Shown one piece after another: positions 18,359 through 31,724 of a stretch of DNA of 64,000 nucleotides. The stretch is from Eledone cirrhosa (lineage: Eukaryota). The notes beneath the pieces were generated by a model. The model had not been told where the DNA came from. It saw only the letters and a program-made list of their open reading frames with translations, and did no database searches. The stretch lies in contig OZ024742.1 in the NCBI GenBank assembly GCA_964016885.1, positions 209,374,001 to 209,438,000 on the forward strand. Direction: 5' to 3'. Position 1 is the first letter of the stretch, and the number at the start of each line of letters is the position of its first letter. Made by a program: the position numbers and the translations under genes.

Positions 18359-19249
18359 GGTTGATAGGGGGCTTATTTTTAATGAGTTTGTTGTTGTGCT
18401 GGATGCCAAATAAGTTCTTTCCTGCCTTGTTCATATGATGATGATGAAGATGATGACGACGATGTTAAAGATCGTATTAATCATGTTGGTGACGATAACG
18501 ATGACAACGACGGCGAAGACGAAGACGATATAGTGGTGGTGGTACTTGTGGTGGTAGTGGAGGTGTTGGTGGGTGGGGGTTTGGGTTGGGTGTCGGTAGG
18601 TGTGAATAATGATGATGATGATTACCGTAACAAGCCAGATCTAATTACTATCGATTAGAGTGAATGAGTAAAACCTGTTCAAACATCGGTCCCTGATTCT
18701 TTAAATTGAAATTAACATAAACGTGTCCAAATTACCATTCCGTTTCAATTTATCAGTTTCCAGAGCATCTGAAGTTATTTTGAAGATATTGCCCCTTCTC
18801 TCTTATATTAGGATCTCATTCATTCTCTTTCCAGGATTCATTGCACTAATCTCATCAAATGTAAATATTAGTCTCTATTTTAGATTATAAAATGGCTGTA
18901 ATGTGTAATACCAGATTCACATCTTACATCTGATATCATTGCAGTAACAATAACTTGCATTTAACACTCTCTCCCTATCACTGTCTCACACTCTCTCTTT
19001 CTTTCTCCTCTTTTACATACGTTCTTGCATTTAGTGCATTTTAGTCTGAAGTATGGATATGGTATTGACGAAGTGTTGGTTCGGTTCATGTTATTCATAA
19101 CAAAACCTCACATCATGAGAAACTGGGTTCATGTAATCTGTATTTCGTCATCTCTGGAGAGTAACATATATAAAAGCGAGTAAATATATCTGTATGTGCA
19201 ATCAAAATTATTGGGCACACGCACAAACACAGACGCACACACACACAGA

Positions 19250-19352
<103 letters not shown>

Positions 19353-20568
19353 CGAATGTAGAAAAGTAACACACGAGTTAATATATGTAAGCATAAATAG
19401 TAAAAAGGGAAAAAGATTCTTCCGGTATAAAATGTTGAAGAGTTTTTTTTTCAGTGAAATATCAAAACATTAATTTATTTACAATACTGGCTCAGCATTG
19501 TATGCACTGTCAATTGTGGATATATAGAATATTAAGTTGCATATTTGTACAAATAGTGATAATAATAATAATGAAGGAAATGAAAATAAAAACGGGAAGA
19601 AAAATTAATTTTCACATACATGTTCATTCAGAGAAGAGAGTTCATTTCTCTGTTCATCCTACTCTGCTTATAGCAATCTGTGGACGCAACCGTAAATATT
19701 TCGAAAAACGTAGCAACCTAAGGAAAACAGGAAGACGATACTTTGGTTCGTGAAGATATTCCCTGGCAATGAACGGAAAAATGCGAAGATAATACGTCGT
19801 TATGTGGAGCGATGAGAACAATTACACGCAAAGACAAAACTATGTTTATGGTATAAATGGAGTCATTAGACTAATATTCTATTTAGTTCTTTTCTAAACC
19901 TGTAACAAGTGCGGGGCCCGTCATCGCGATACAGACCGCTACCTACATTAGGGAATTCTTCTTTGGTAGAGAAAAGTAGGAAAAGCCCGATAAGATCTGT
20001 AACCTACGCCGAATCGCTGGCGCCCATACTCACGTCGAATTTTGTACTATTAGATGTTTTTATCTAAATAGAGTCGTCGAAATTAATCACCGAATTACGG
20101 GCATTTAGATTACCCTGGGACATCCTAGCTGAAGCTAGATCGTATAACGGAAACAAAAGACCATGCGATCTTTGCGCCGCTGAAGCCCTGGAAATACTCT
20201 ACGCCAATGGTCCCATATTCAACAAAAATTCTGAGGCAATTTGGCTTGTAAACAGAAATAGCATAAAACTTTCTTGTATTACAGCCCCGCATTATACCCT
20301 AACGGATAGTACGAACAATACGCGGTTACTTTAGGTCTTGATGTGGTACGTAAGTATATTTTATGTTAATACCATTACTTATTTGTATAGGTAAGTATAC
20401 CTTACCCGTATGTTGTGGAGGTGCGTATACTTTTTCATACGTATATATATGCTTGTATATGTTATAGGTATATATTATACATGTATGTGTGTATATGGTT
20501 ATGTGTATATGTGTATTTCGTGTTTGTGCGTATATATGTATGCATGTATATCTGCATTTATGTATAGT

Positions 20569-20639
<71 letters not shown>

Positions 20640-20649
20640 ATATATGCAA

Positions 20650-20688
<39 letters not shown>

Positions 20689-20857
20689 GATGTATGGGAA
20701 TGTGTGTGGGCTTGTCTATGTATGTGTATTATAGATATGTTTATATTTGAGTGTGTGTTTTTATATAGATACTTATGTGTGTGGTTATGTATATGTATGT
20801 ATGTGTATATGTATATGTATACGTATGTGTGTATATGTATGTATATATGTATATATG

Positions 20858-20940
<83 letters not shown>

Positions 20941-20947
<7 letters not shown>

Positions 20948-21249
20948 AACGTTGCTCTGATGCGTCCATAGGTGTTATGCTGGTTGAGCACGTTATGCTC
21001 CTTCAGAGCAGAGTATAATAATATAGAAAACGAAGAATCAGTGATACATTTATTAACATATTACAATTGTTTCTCCGGCGAAAATCCGGAAGATTTGCTT
21101 CGAAATCGCTAGACGTATCTGAGGGACTTGCGAATCCAGATTCAGGTTCGATCCACAAATAAATCATACCTCGAGCTGTTCGCCGGAGAAACAATTGTAA
21201 TATGTTAATAAATGGTGTTTCGATGCATCACTGATTCTTCGTTTTCTAT

Positions 21250-21250
<1 letters not shown>
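20941..21250 (-). mobile_element. Fold-back hammerhead element, second copy of 13168-13548
   Basis: Same tail and arms; HHR-like sequence at 21113-21205 (+) with core CTGAGGG and GAAACAATTGTA. Confidence 0.75.
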
Positions 21251-21280
<30 letters not shown>

Positions 21281-22019
21281 AATTAAATTAAATTAATTTA
21301 AGGGTGTCATGTCAGAGAAACATGCGCCATATCCACTTTAGAATACGCTCCAAGGAATAGATTCCAATGACTAGATCCGAGCATTTTATATCAACTCGAA
21401 ATTAATTGATATATATATATATATATAAAATAAACATATGAAACAATCACAGGGAATAATTTGTAAAAGTGTGTAAGCACACATAGCTATGTAGGTAACT
21501 ATTTAAAGTTTAACTAGAACTTTTAAAAATTGATACCTTATAAATGGATTAATCTTCCTTGTATATATTTCATTAAAGAAATATATTTCACCATCAATCG
21601 TTCGGTAAACCACAGTACCCAAATTTCGGATTTTCAACAATGAAGAACACTTAAATAACTGTGTTTGCAGAGCAAATCCAAATCTGCGAATGACTAGTAG
21701 CACGTGTTGCCCTTTTAACAAATACACACATCGTACCAGCTTCATCTCAGTGGCGTGAATAGGGTTATCGACAACTAGAAATAGCAGTCGAGTCCTTTTG
21801 AATATATATATATACGGCTCCTTAATTGTTGAGCTTACTCAGTTGAAAGGATTCGACTGGTATTTCTAGTTGTCGATAACCCTATTCACGCCATTGAGAT
21901 GAAGCTGGTACGATGTGTGTATTTTTGAAAAGTGCAACACCTGCTACTAGTCATTCGCAGATTTAGATTTGCTGTGTAAACACAGATAGTTAAGTCTTCT
22001 TCCTTGTTGAAAATCCGAA

Positions 22020-23742
22020 ATTATCTAACTACATACACTCTCTGAAAACTAGGAATAGACCATATACACTTCAAAGGGAAGTAATAGAAAGAGCCGCATC
22101 GTATAAACCACCGAATAAATTATGTAACCTCTGTCTTCTAGAAACGCGCACTATAATCTATTCTAAAGTAGACCTCTTAAATAGAGATTTTTACCATCAG
22201 CCGACACTCTTTCCATAACTTTAAACCTAGTGCTAGTATATAACAATGTCATATCTGGATTCCTCACCACCATTAACATTTCATCTCTAGGTCTTATCAG
22301 CATATAATTACCCCCACAGCATTACACTCTATGATCAGCTCATTCCTCTACTTAACTCCTATTTATCTCTAACCTTATACTCTACAATAACTATTAGGAA
22401 TAAACATAAGGTTACCACCATTTGGTATAACTACTATAGCTTACTTATATTATATTCAGTAATGGATAGATAATAATACAATGAGACATTTAATGAATTA
22501 TAGGAAAATGAATTATATTTATAATTAAATATATAAATTAATAGTATTATATATAAGGGATTCACTTATAACATAGTATAATGTATGTTAATAACATAAG
22601 AGATTTAACTAATTGAACCTGTAAACAAGTTTTGTACATTTTCTCTTTAGCTTACTTATATTTTATTCAGTAATGGATAGATAACAATATAATGAGACCT
22701 TTAATGTATTGTAGGAAAATAGATTATATTTAAAATTAAATATAAATAAATATCACTATATTAACACAATATAATGTATATTAGCACAAGGAATTTAACT
22801 AATTGGAGCTGTAAACAACTATACATGTTTTCTATTGTTTCCTATCATATACAAATTAATCGCTAATTACCTCCCCTTTCACATTAGCTCCCCTTAATAT
22901 AGATCTCAAACTCACTTCCAGAAATTAAACCGTTAGAAGAATCACACCAGAACAACTCGAACCCGGGATAACAGTATAATAGGACCAATATACAATCCAT
23001 AGCTGTATCTTATTATAAAGATTCACTAAAATAAAATATAACCAATATAATGGAAAAGATAACAATAATAATAATACTCTCAACACATACCCATTTGAAC
23101 ATTACAGAAACAATTATCACACTACATCCATCATAAGCTCATAAATTTAATACACAAACACCTTTGCCTGCTTGATATGCTTGCAAACCTATGTTATTTT
23201 ATGTGATACGTTTGCTATGCAGCAATTATATATGCCTAGTACCATTGCTTCTTTCCTACCTAACTATCCTGTATATGCCTAACGCATTTGCACTCTCTAT
23301 ACTGCTTTAATTATTATACTATTCTTTTGTAATCTCTATCACAGGCATTCCACTCTTTACCTCTTTAATTATTATAAAATTCTCTTGTAATCTCTGTCAC
23401 ATCCATTCCGCTCTCTAAATACGAAACTGTTGATGACAACATTAATATTCATGTATCTATATGATTGTTCGGTTGAACAGGAAGTTAATTATATGTCCAA
23501 ACTTTGCCAGTGCTCCGAGGATTCTAAACGAAAGTTTGGAAGAAACCATTGTCAGCAATAAAGTGATTTGAACATAGTTTTGATTATTGTGTAATTTATA
23601 TTCCTGCTCTGTAAAACATCTGATGTATTTACATTGAGCTATTTTTCTTACTGGTAATAAGGTAGTAATAAATTACTGACCTTTCCTGTTTATCGTTGTA
23701 TATAGTGTATATATAACTATAAATAATATTATTATTAATATT

Positions 23743-23750
<8 letters not shown>
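22020..23750 (+). mobile_element. PLE 3' fragment (GIY-YIG C-terminus plus long AT-rich 3' region)
   Basis: LSNYIHSLK..IERAASYKPPNKLCNLCLLE..II at 22020-22190; ~210-bp tandem duplication at 22437-22830; right boundary inferred from the next simple repeat. Confidence 0.6.
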
Positions 23751-23788
<38 letters not shown>

Positions 23789-24323
23789 TTTATATATATA
23801 TATATATACATACACATACATATACGTGTTTTGCAACCGGTCACTTTGTGGCTCAATGAAAAATTAATAAATTAAACAATCAGAGCTATATATCATAAAA
23901 CATGTCTATAGAATCACAAGATAAAATATATACTATTTCCTCTCCCAATTAGCATAATTAACTATATAAAAAATCAAATAGACCATAGATATTTTATCTT
24001 GTGATTCTATAGACATGTTTTATGATATATAGCTCTGATTGTTTAATTTATTAATTTTTCATTGAGCCACAAAGTGACCGGTTGCAAAACACGTATATGT
24101 ATGTGTATATATATATGTAAACTTTTATACGTAATAATCTCCCACTAGGTTGAGATACAAATTTGGCTGAATTGTGCTGTGCTTTTTAGCAAAAATGCCA
24201 CCAGTCGTAAGCAACTACCACACCCCTTCCAACTTTACCGCGACTACGTCACGATTTTTAGCCATTTTGAAATGAATTCTTGGCGCGATCGTTTTGGAAA
24301 ATTTAATGTCTAGATATGAGCGA

Positions 24324-24411
24324 GCTTCCTGAAGAATCCGCCGCTCAAGTTTATATAATTATTACATAATTATTGGAAAACTCAAAACACGGACGAAACC
24401 ATGGTAGAGGT
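24324..24411 (+). ncRNA. Type-I hammerhead (monomer 1)
   Basis: gcttc CTGAAGA atccg...cggac GAA-ACCATGGT-A gaggt; predicted cut after 24406. Confidence 0.8.
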
Positions 24412-24981
24412 ATTTAAATGTATTCTATTTTCTCCTAGTTTATTTTAAAACTAATTCTGCTTAGTTGACTGTATCTAGGCGATTACGCTGTCGAATGTTC
24501 GATAAATACTCCGCTACGGCCGACGCGAAGCGTTAGTTTTGGTTATTTGTCGGAGATTCCTTCATAGAAGCCTCATTCGTATAGCCTGGTCTATTCGATT
24601 TTTTATATAGTTAATTATGCTAATTGGGAGAGGAAATAGTATATATTTTATCTTGTGATTCTATAGACATGTTTTATGATATATAGCTCTGATTGTTTAA
24701 TTTATTAATTTTTCATTGAGCCACAAAGTGACCGGTTGCAAAACACGTATATGTATGTGTATGTATATATATATGTAAACTTTTATATGTAATAATCTCC
24801 CACTAGGTTGAGATACAAATTTGGCTGTATTGTGCTGTGCTTTCTAGAAAAAATGCCACCAGTCGTAAGCAACTACCACACCCCTTCCAACTTGACCGCG
24901 ACTACGTCACGATTTTTAGCCATTTTGAAATGAATTCTTGGCGCGATCGTTTTGGAAAATTTAATGTCTAGATATGAGCGA

Positions 24982-25070
24982 GCCTCCTGATGAATCCGGT
25001 GCTCGAGTTTATATAATTATTACATAATTATTGGAAAACTCAAAACACGGACGAAACCAATGGTAGAGGT
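24982..25070 (+). ncRNA. Type-I hammerhead (monomer 2)
   Basis: gcctc CTGATGA atccg...cggac GAA-ACCAATGGT-A gaggt; predicted cut after 25065. Confidence 0.8.
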
Positions 25071-25336
25071 ATTTAAATGTATTCTATTTTCTCCTAGTTT
25101 ATTTTAAACCTAATTCTGCTTAGTTGACTGTATCTAGGCGATAACGCTGTCGAAATATTCGATAAATACTCCGCTACGGCCGACGCGAAGCGCTAGTTTT
25201 GGTTATTTGTCGGAGATTCCTTCATAGAAGCCTCATTCGTATAGCCTGGTCTATTCGATTTTTTATATAGTTAATTATGCTAATTGGGAGAGGAAATAGT
25301 ATATATTTTATCTTGTGATTCTATAGACATGTTTTA

Positions 25337-25382
<46 letters not shown>

Positions 25383-26238
25383 GTTTGTATTTATTTATAT
25401 ACACATATATATATATATGTCTATATGTATATATGGGTATGTATGAGTGTGTATATGTGTTTGCACGTATGTATGATGTGTATATGTGTACATAGGGTTT
25501 GGGTATATGTACGTTTGTTGAACATATGTGTATTTACGTGTGAGTATGTTATATATGTGTGTATATTTTATATATATATAATTATATATATACATACACA
25601 CACACACATATATATATAAGTATGTGTGTGTGTCTGTCTGTATTTGGTCTATAATTCGTATGTGTGCGGGTATATGTGTCGTACCTGATTTACGTACGTG
25701 TGCGCGTATTTATAGGTATGTGCATGTATATGTACGTACGGCGTGCGGCTTCGCGTATGCACGTGTATGTACGTATATAGATGTATGTGTGTATATATAT
25801 ATATAATTGTATAAATCTTAAATATTATTACTTTTATTATTTTAATAACCTCTGTCGTTTTCGTTCAACAAAGATGAGAATCATTCGGTTTCCTAAATAG
25901 TACATTAGACTAATGACTCCATTTATACCATAAACGTGGTTTTGTCTTTGCGTGTAATTGTTCTCCACGCTCCACATAACGACGCATTATGTTGGCTTTT
26001 TTTCTGTTCATTGTGAGGAAACGTCTTCACGAACCAAAGTATCGTCTTCCTGTTTTCCTTCGGTTGCAACGTTTTTCGAAATATTTACTGCTGCGTTCAG
26101 AGATTGATTATTTTTAGTTTCAGAAGACCCCGTTAATCTGTTATTTTAATAAATATTTGCTCTAGGGTTCTTATATATTTGATATATATTTATCCTTATC
26201 GAGCCCTCTTTGGATTTTAGCCTTCAAATTTATTATTA

Positions 26239-26314
<76 letters not shown>

Positions 26315-26317
<3 letters not shown>

Positions 26318-27752
26318 CGTGCGGACGGTATTTGACACATGTATTTTTAGTCATTATTTTATTTGACTGAGGTAGAGTGTCGTTAGAGCATAGTTACGTC
26401 CCTTTACGATCTGAGTTCAAATCCCGCCGAGGTTGACTTTGCCTTTCATCCTTACGGGGTCGATAAAATAAAGTACCAGTAATGCACTGGGTAATTGCTG
26501 GCCTTGTGCCTAAAGTAGAAGCAATTATTTTATTTGACTAATTTTTATTGAACTTCCATTTCAGAAAATAAAAATGAAAATAACTATGCTTACTAATGAA
26601 ATGAAAAGGCATGCTGTGATTGTGGCTTTGAAGGCTAAGCATGGGGATTTAGACATTTCTTGTTTTCTCAAAGTTGCTAGATCTTTTGCTCACAAGATTC
26701 GGTGTGAGTTAGAGAAAGAAGATGGAAGCGTATTACTTGTATCAAAACGTAAAAAACATTCCAAACGCTCTGATTCTATCAGGATACCTGAATTTATTCA
26801 GGAAGTTAAGCAAAACATTGATGACAATCCAGGAAAATCAATGAGGTCAATTGCAAAAAATGTTGGTGTGTCAGAAAAAACAATCAGAAATATTGTGCAT
26901 GAAGACATCAGATATAAATATTATGTGATGAGGAGAGGTCAATTCATGTCAGAAAAAAATAAAAGAAAAGCGTTTAATCAGATCCAAAAGATTTTTAAAC
27001 AAACTTAAAAATCCATCAGAAGATGGTGTATTTGGTTTTTTCTCAGATGAGAAAAACATTGACCAGGACCACAAAACTAACAGAAGAAATGACAGCTGGC
27101 TAAGTGCAGAGCCTTCTGAGTTTCCAAGAGTAATGCACACAAAATTTCCTACAAGTGTCATGGTTTTGGGTGTTGTTAGCAATGAAGGACCTGTGATGCC
27201 TCCTCACTTTTTTTCCACAAGGCCTTAGGGTGAATGCTGGTGCATATATTGAGGTTCTGGATAAAGTTGTTAAACCTTGGATCAACAGTGTATGCAATGA
27301 GAGGCCTTATGTCTTTCAACAAGCTTCTGCACCATCACACAAGATTCAAATGACACAAGAATGGATGGCAGACAATTTTCATGATCACATCACCCCCAAC
27401 AATTGGCCTCTTAATTTTCCAGATCTCAATCCACTGGACTACTATGTATGGAGCATTGTTGAGAAAAATGTCAATGAACACCCCATAGCACCAAAGATTC
27501 TTTGAAAGCCGCCTTAATTCGCGTCATGTCCGATATGAACAAAGACCAATTAATCCGAGCTTGCAAACGATTTCGACCCGGTGTAGAGGTAGTTATTGAT
27601 GCTTATAGTGGTTTTATTGAATGAAATTATTAAATTGATAATTTAGCTTTAAGTTTATGGTACTTTTATAAGAATAGAGTTTTTTTTCTCTTACTATATA
27701 AACGTTTTTTTACAACCATAAATCTGTCCTCAAATACCGTCCGCTCCCCGTG
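26315..27752 (+). mobile_element. Tc1/mariner DD37D (maT) DNA transposon, defective
   Basis: TIR core gcggacggtatttga at both ends, TA-flanked; frameshifted transposase at 26574-~27620 with FSDEK, QQ(D>A)SAPSH and PDLNPLD; 37 residues between catalytic positions 2 and 3. Confidence 0.85.
26371..26524 (+). mobile_element. tRNA-derived SINE inserted in the maT 5' region
   Basis: B box gagttcaaatcc; central gcctttcatccttacggggtcgataaaataaagtaccag, which from memory resembles the Meta/MESC domain. Confidence 0.75.
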
Positions 27753-27796
27753 TATATATATATAGAGAGAGAGAGACAGATAGATAAATATATATA

Positions 27797-30700
27797 TTTC
27801 TTTATTTGTCACAAGGGCGCACAAGAACAATACAAAGACATGCCGGGGATTTTACATACAGTCGTGTAAGAAATATAAAAACAAACAATTACAACAATCG
27901 AAATCCCCAATAGGGGGGAAGCGCCACAAATGGGTTGTTTAATACCCCGTCAATAAACAACCCTCAACTCCAGGAGCGTGTTGTGCAAGTGCTCCTTTCT
28001 TCCTTTTGCTCTCGTCTTCAACCTACAGGCTTATAAACAGAGAAGGCCCAATCATTCGAACCATTTTCGCTTCATTAACCCACCTTTCAGTAAATTTACT
28101 GGGGTGCAGTGCCCCTCTCTCCACTCTGATTCTCCTTCTAAAGTGATACTTAAAGAAGGGAATCAATTGTTGTCCGGAGAGAAGGGCATCTGTCCTCAGT
28201 CCTCTCAATCTCGTCCACCATATAACTTCTTTCACCATAGCCACCGTACAGAGGAAAACCGCCGCTCTAGCGTTTTTGGAAGAGGCTGGCGGTTTGATCC
28301 TTACTATGGACTCGGCAGTCAACTAGATTTGTCCCATACGCGACAGCAGTTGTTCTGCATAGTTCCACAGGTCGGTTACGCCCGGGCAGTGTACAATTGC
28401 GTGCAGGACTGTTTCACTCTCCTGCGCGCATCTTAGACACTTCCTCCTGGAAGGATCCCTGCCGGGGCGTCCGTGCCTGTAGATCTTGTCACGAACCGGT
28501 AGAGCTCCTCGGTAGCACTGCCAGGCCAGGGAACTCTGGAAGTTGTCCATAGGTCCCGGGCGGAAAGTCTGGTGAGTTCATCGTCTTCGACGGCCAGAGT
28601 CTCTCCGAGCACGTCGTCGCCCTGGTAACGTACAATCCCTCTATAGAATGTCGAAGTGGAGTCTCCATCGATTGCTACGCCCGCTTGTCAGAGAACTGTG
28701 AGAACCTGTGCCAGGCGTCCATCGTTTTCGGTCTTTTCTTGACTCAGGACTGCACCTCCGTCAGCGAGACGAGCTGTGGGAAAGACTGTCTCACAAACGG
28801 TGCCCACACCAGTTGGGGATCGGTGAGGAATACCTGGAGATGCCGCAGCCTCGGCGCATGTTTGCGCATCATCAGCCACAGCATTCCCAGCCCTCCGTTT
28901 GAAGGGTGCTGACAGCAGACGGATCTCCTCACCAGCGGAGCCCGCTTCTTCCACAGAAACTGAAAGAGCATGCGTTCCATCGTGGCGAGGTGTTCACGGG
29001 GACAAGGCACGACAGTCAAGCGGTAGTAGATGACGGACGCTATGAAAGTGTTCGCCACCTCCGCTCGACCTTTCAAGGACAGGTTGCACTCTGCCCACTT
29101 CTGGGTGAGTGAAAACACCTTGGCCGTGACCTCGTTCCAGGTTTTCTCCACTTGGAGGTCTGGACCGAAACAAACCCCGAGTAATTTCACCGGTCCGTCC
29201 GTCCAGCGTCCGACGACGCTGTCGGACGTCATCGGTTTGCATCTCCACGTACCGAGTTGCAAACCGACTGACTGTCTGGGTTTAGTTTTGCTCCCGTTAG
29301 CATTTCGTATTCTTTCAGTTAGTTGCCGAACAGCCCGATTTCCGAGGTGTTCGACACCATTACCCTCACGTCGTCGGCATAAGCCAACGCCACTTTGCGC
29401 AGTCCCGGTTCTAGAGGGATGACCTGCAACAGCTCCAATTTCCGCAGTAGTGGCTCTAGAGTCAATACATACAGAATGGAGGAGAGAGGGCACTCCTGTC
29501 GAATGGACCGCGCGATTGCGAACGGCTCCGAGACGTAGCCGTTCACCTTGACCTTCAAGCAGATGCTGGTGTGCACCGCCTAGATCCAGCCTCTGAAAAC
29601 AGGACCGAAACCGGCCGCCTTGAGGACCGATTCCAAGTATCGATGGTCGAAACTATCGAATGCCTTAAACTGATCCAAATTGATCAGAGCCCCACCTAAG
29701 CCGGGTTTACTACCCACCCTCTCTATGATGTATCACATGAGGTGGAGGTTGTCGTGTATAGACTTGGTCGGGATTGCACACGTTTGGGCTTTCCCTACCA
29801 GGTTCTCGACAAACAAGCGCCAGCCTTGTCGCTAGTACCTTGGCCAAAATCTTTAACTCTGTGTTAAGCAGAGTTATGGGCCTGAAGTTTTTAATTTCGT
29901 CCCCCTTGTTCTCGTCTTTCCTGATCAGCGTTACTACGGCCTTGCCTGCAGAACTGGGAATTCTCCCGTTCTGCTGCCAATTGCAGTAGACGGCTTCGAG
30001 GACGCCAGAGAACAAGTCCGGCATGCCTATGTACATCTCATAGGGTAGACCATCTAGACCGGGTGACTTGCGTTTCCAGCAGCGGCCCAGAGCGTCCGGT
30101 ATCTCAGTGTCCGTGATCAGTCTTTCGCAGAACTCGGCGTCCGTGATCGAGAGACGCGGCAGGCCGTCGAGGTATGAACTAAAGTCCATTTCCCCGTTCG
30201 GCTCACCGTCGTTCTGATCAAACAGACGCGCAAAGGGCTGCTGAAAGGCCGCGCACATTTGCTTGGAGTCAAGTAACACGCGTCCGTTTTGGTCTTTCAA
30301 AGACCGAATCGTGGACTTGTTGCCACTTTTCGCCTCCGCCACGTGGGCCCAGCTGACAGCTTTCGCTCCTTCGTTTTCTAGAGCACGTGTTTTGCTTCTG
30401 ACCACGCAGTCTTCGTGTTTCGCATCGAAGAACTGGTCCAGTGCCGTTCTCGATGCTAACAGTCTAGCCGCGTTGCCAATTCTAACTGCCTCGTCTACCT
30501 TGGCTACTAGTTCTCTTTCTATTTTGTTTTTCTCTAAGGCTAACTCTCTGTTAAACCCTATCAATTCTATTCTAATTGCTTTCTTGAGAGAGTACCACCA
30601 TTTATTGTTGACGATGGCTCCCGTTACCTGTTGCTTGACTAGTCTACTTATCCGTTCACTGTAAGCTTTACGTGCCGGCAACGATACGTTCAGCCTCCAG

Positions 30701-31689
30701 TATCCGGGTCCTTGTCTATGTGTTCTATCACGGTTGACTAAGCAGACGACTAATTTGTGATCTGAATAGGCAACCATGTGCATTCGTGGACAGCTTAACA
30801 TCTCCTTGTCCCTTTATCTAATGAAGAACCTATCTAGATGTCCCGCTGCGGTTTGCCCACGTCCACTGCGGTGCAGTCGGGAAATCCAATCGATACCTAT
30901 CGGCCAGTTAGAATTGGCCGATTAAAGTTTTGAGGCTCGTTCAACCCCCCCCTCTACTGGGACATGCTCCCACATAGTCCCATTGTGCATCTAGGATACC
31001 ATTCCAGTCCCCCACTAAAAGTAAGGAACAAGATGTTCCCAGAAAAGACTCTAGACGCTTAAAGAAGTCTGGCCGTGATTGCGATTGCCCGGTCGGGTCA
31101 TAAACGGCCACCAGTCTGAAGGCTCCACCTCCAATACTGTTCACGTCTAGGACTACCAGTCCACCCTCCTGATCCAAGTGTACTTGCTGTATTTCGACGT
31201 CCAGGTTCTTTCGAAACATGACAGCCACTCCCCGTCCACCTCCTGGCTGACAGAGAGATGCGTAGATCCCAAAGTCGTCGAAGATGGGGGTTAGTTGCTG
31301 CCTGTTGTGGATCCTGGACTCGGTGATGGCTATCACATCCATACCGTGTGACCTAAGGTCGTTTAAAAGTTGGCCCTCTTTCCAGGGTATCCCTAGGCCA
31401 CGCACATTCACGCATCCAACTCGTAAATTAGCCATGTTGGTGAAGAAGAGTTGGAGAAAAATGACGAAAGGTGCACTTACCTTTTTGTTACCTGGAGATC
31501 GGGTTGTTCAATCTCAATTTGGGTGCTGGATGGGGTGTTGGGTGGGGTGGGAAAATGTTTAACAGGGCGCGGTTGATGGGTTTCTGGCAGGAGTTACCCA
31601 CCTCCTGTGAAAATTTATCTTTTAGGTCACTATAGGTCTCCATAGAGACCCTTATAAGTTTAAGGTGTGGAGACGATTGTGCTTTGACG
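27797..31689 (-). mobile_element. Tx1/L1-clade LINE, 5'-truncated, degenerate ORF2 (APE + RT + Cys-rich C-terminus)
   Basis: NVRGL..ITES and GDWN APE motifs; KSPGLDGLP, RPITLLN, AYADD; C.RC....ETVLHAIVHC; (GATA)-like flanks. Confidence 0.9.
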
Positions 31690-31724
31690 AGAGATAGATA
31701 AATAGATAGATCGATAGATAGATA

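Larger units (their letters stand above)
23785..25340 (+). mobile_element. Retrozyme-like tandem dimer (~659-bp monomer) preceded by an inverted ~200-bp segment, in (TA)n
   Basis: Repeat phase tattttatcttgtgattc at ~23990, ~24644, ~25304; one HHR per monomer; no ORF. Confidence 0.85.
19674..26243 (+). mobile_element. Rearranged PLE of the 650-4446 family, split by nested insertions in its internal microsatellite
   Basis: 19674-19886 inverted pLTR; 19887-20107 inverted RT piece matching 2868-3108; 20110-20310 GIY-YIG C-terminus; 25600-26243 3' UTR/pLTR and tail matching the reverse complement of 650-1400. Confidence 0.75.

Noticed and set aside
20326-20991. [12 protein letters not shown]/poly-K ORFs here and at 12418, 14157, 19113 and 48314
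   Set aside because: Translations of microsatellites
23425-23545. Hammerhead at the end of the 22020-23750 PLE fragment
   Set aside because: ttgatga..gttgaac is too degenerate, with no GAAA or stem III
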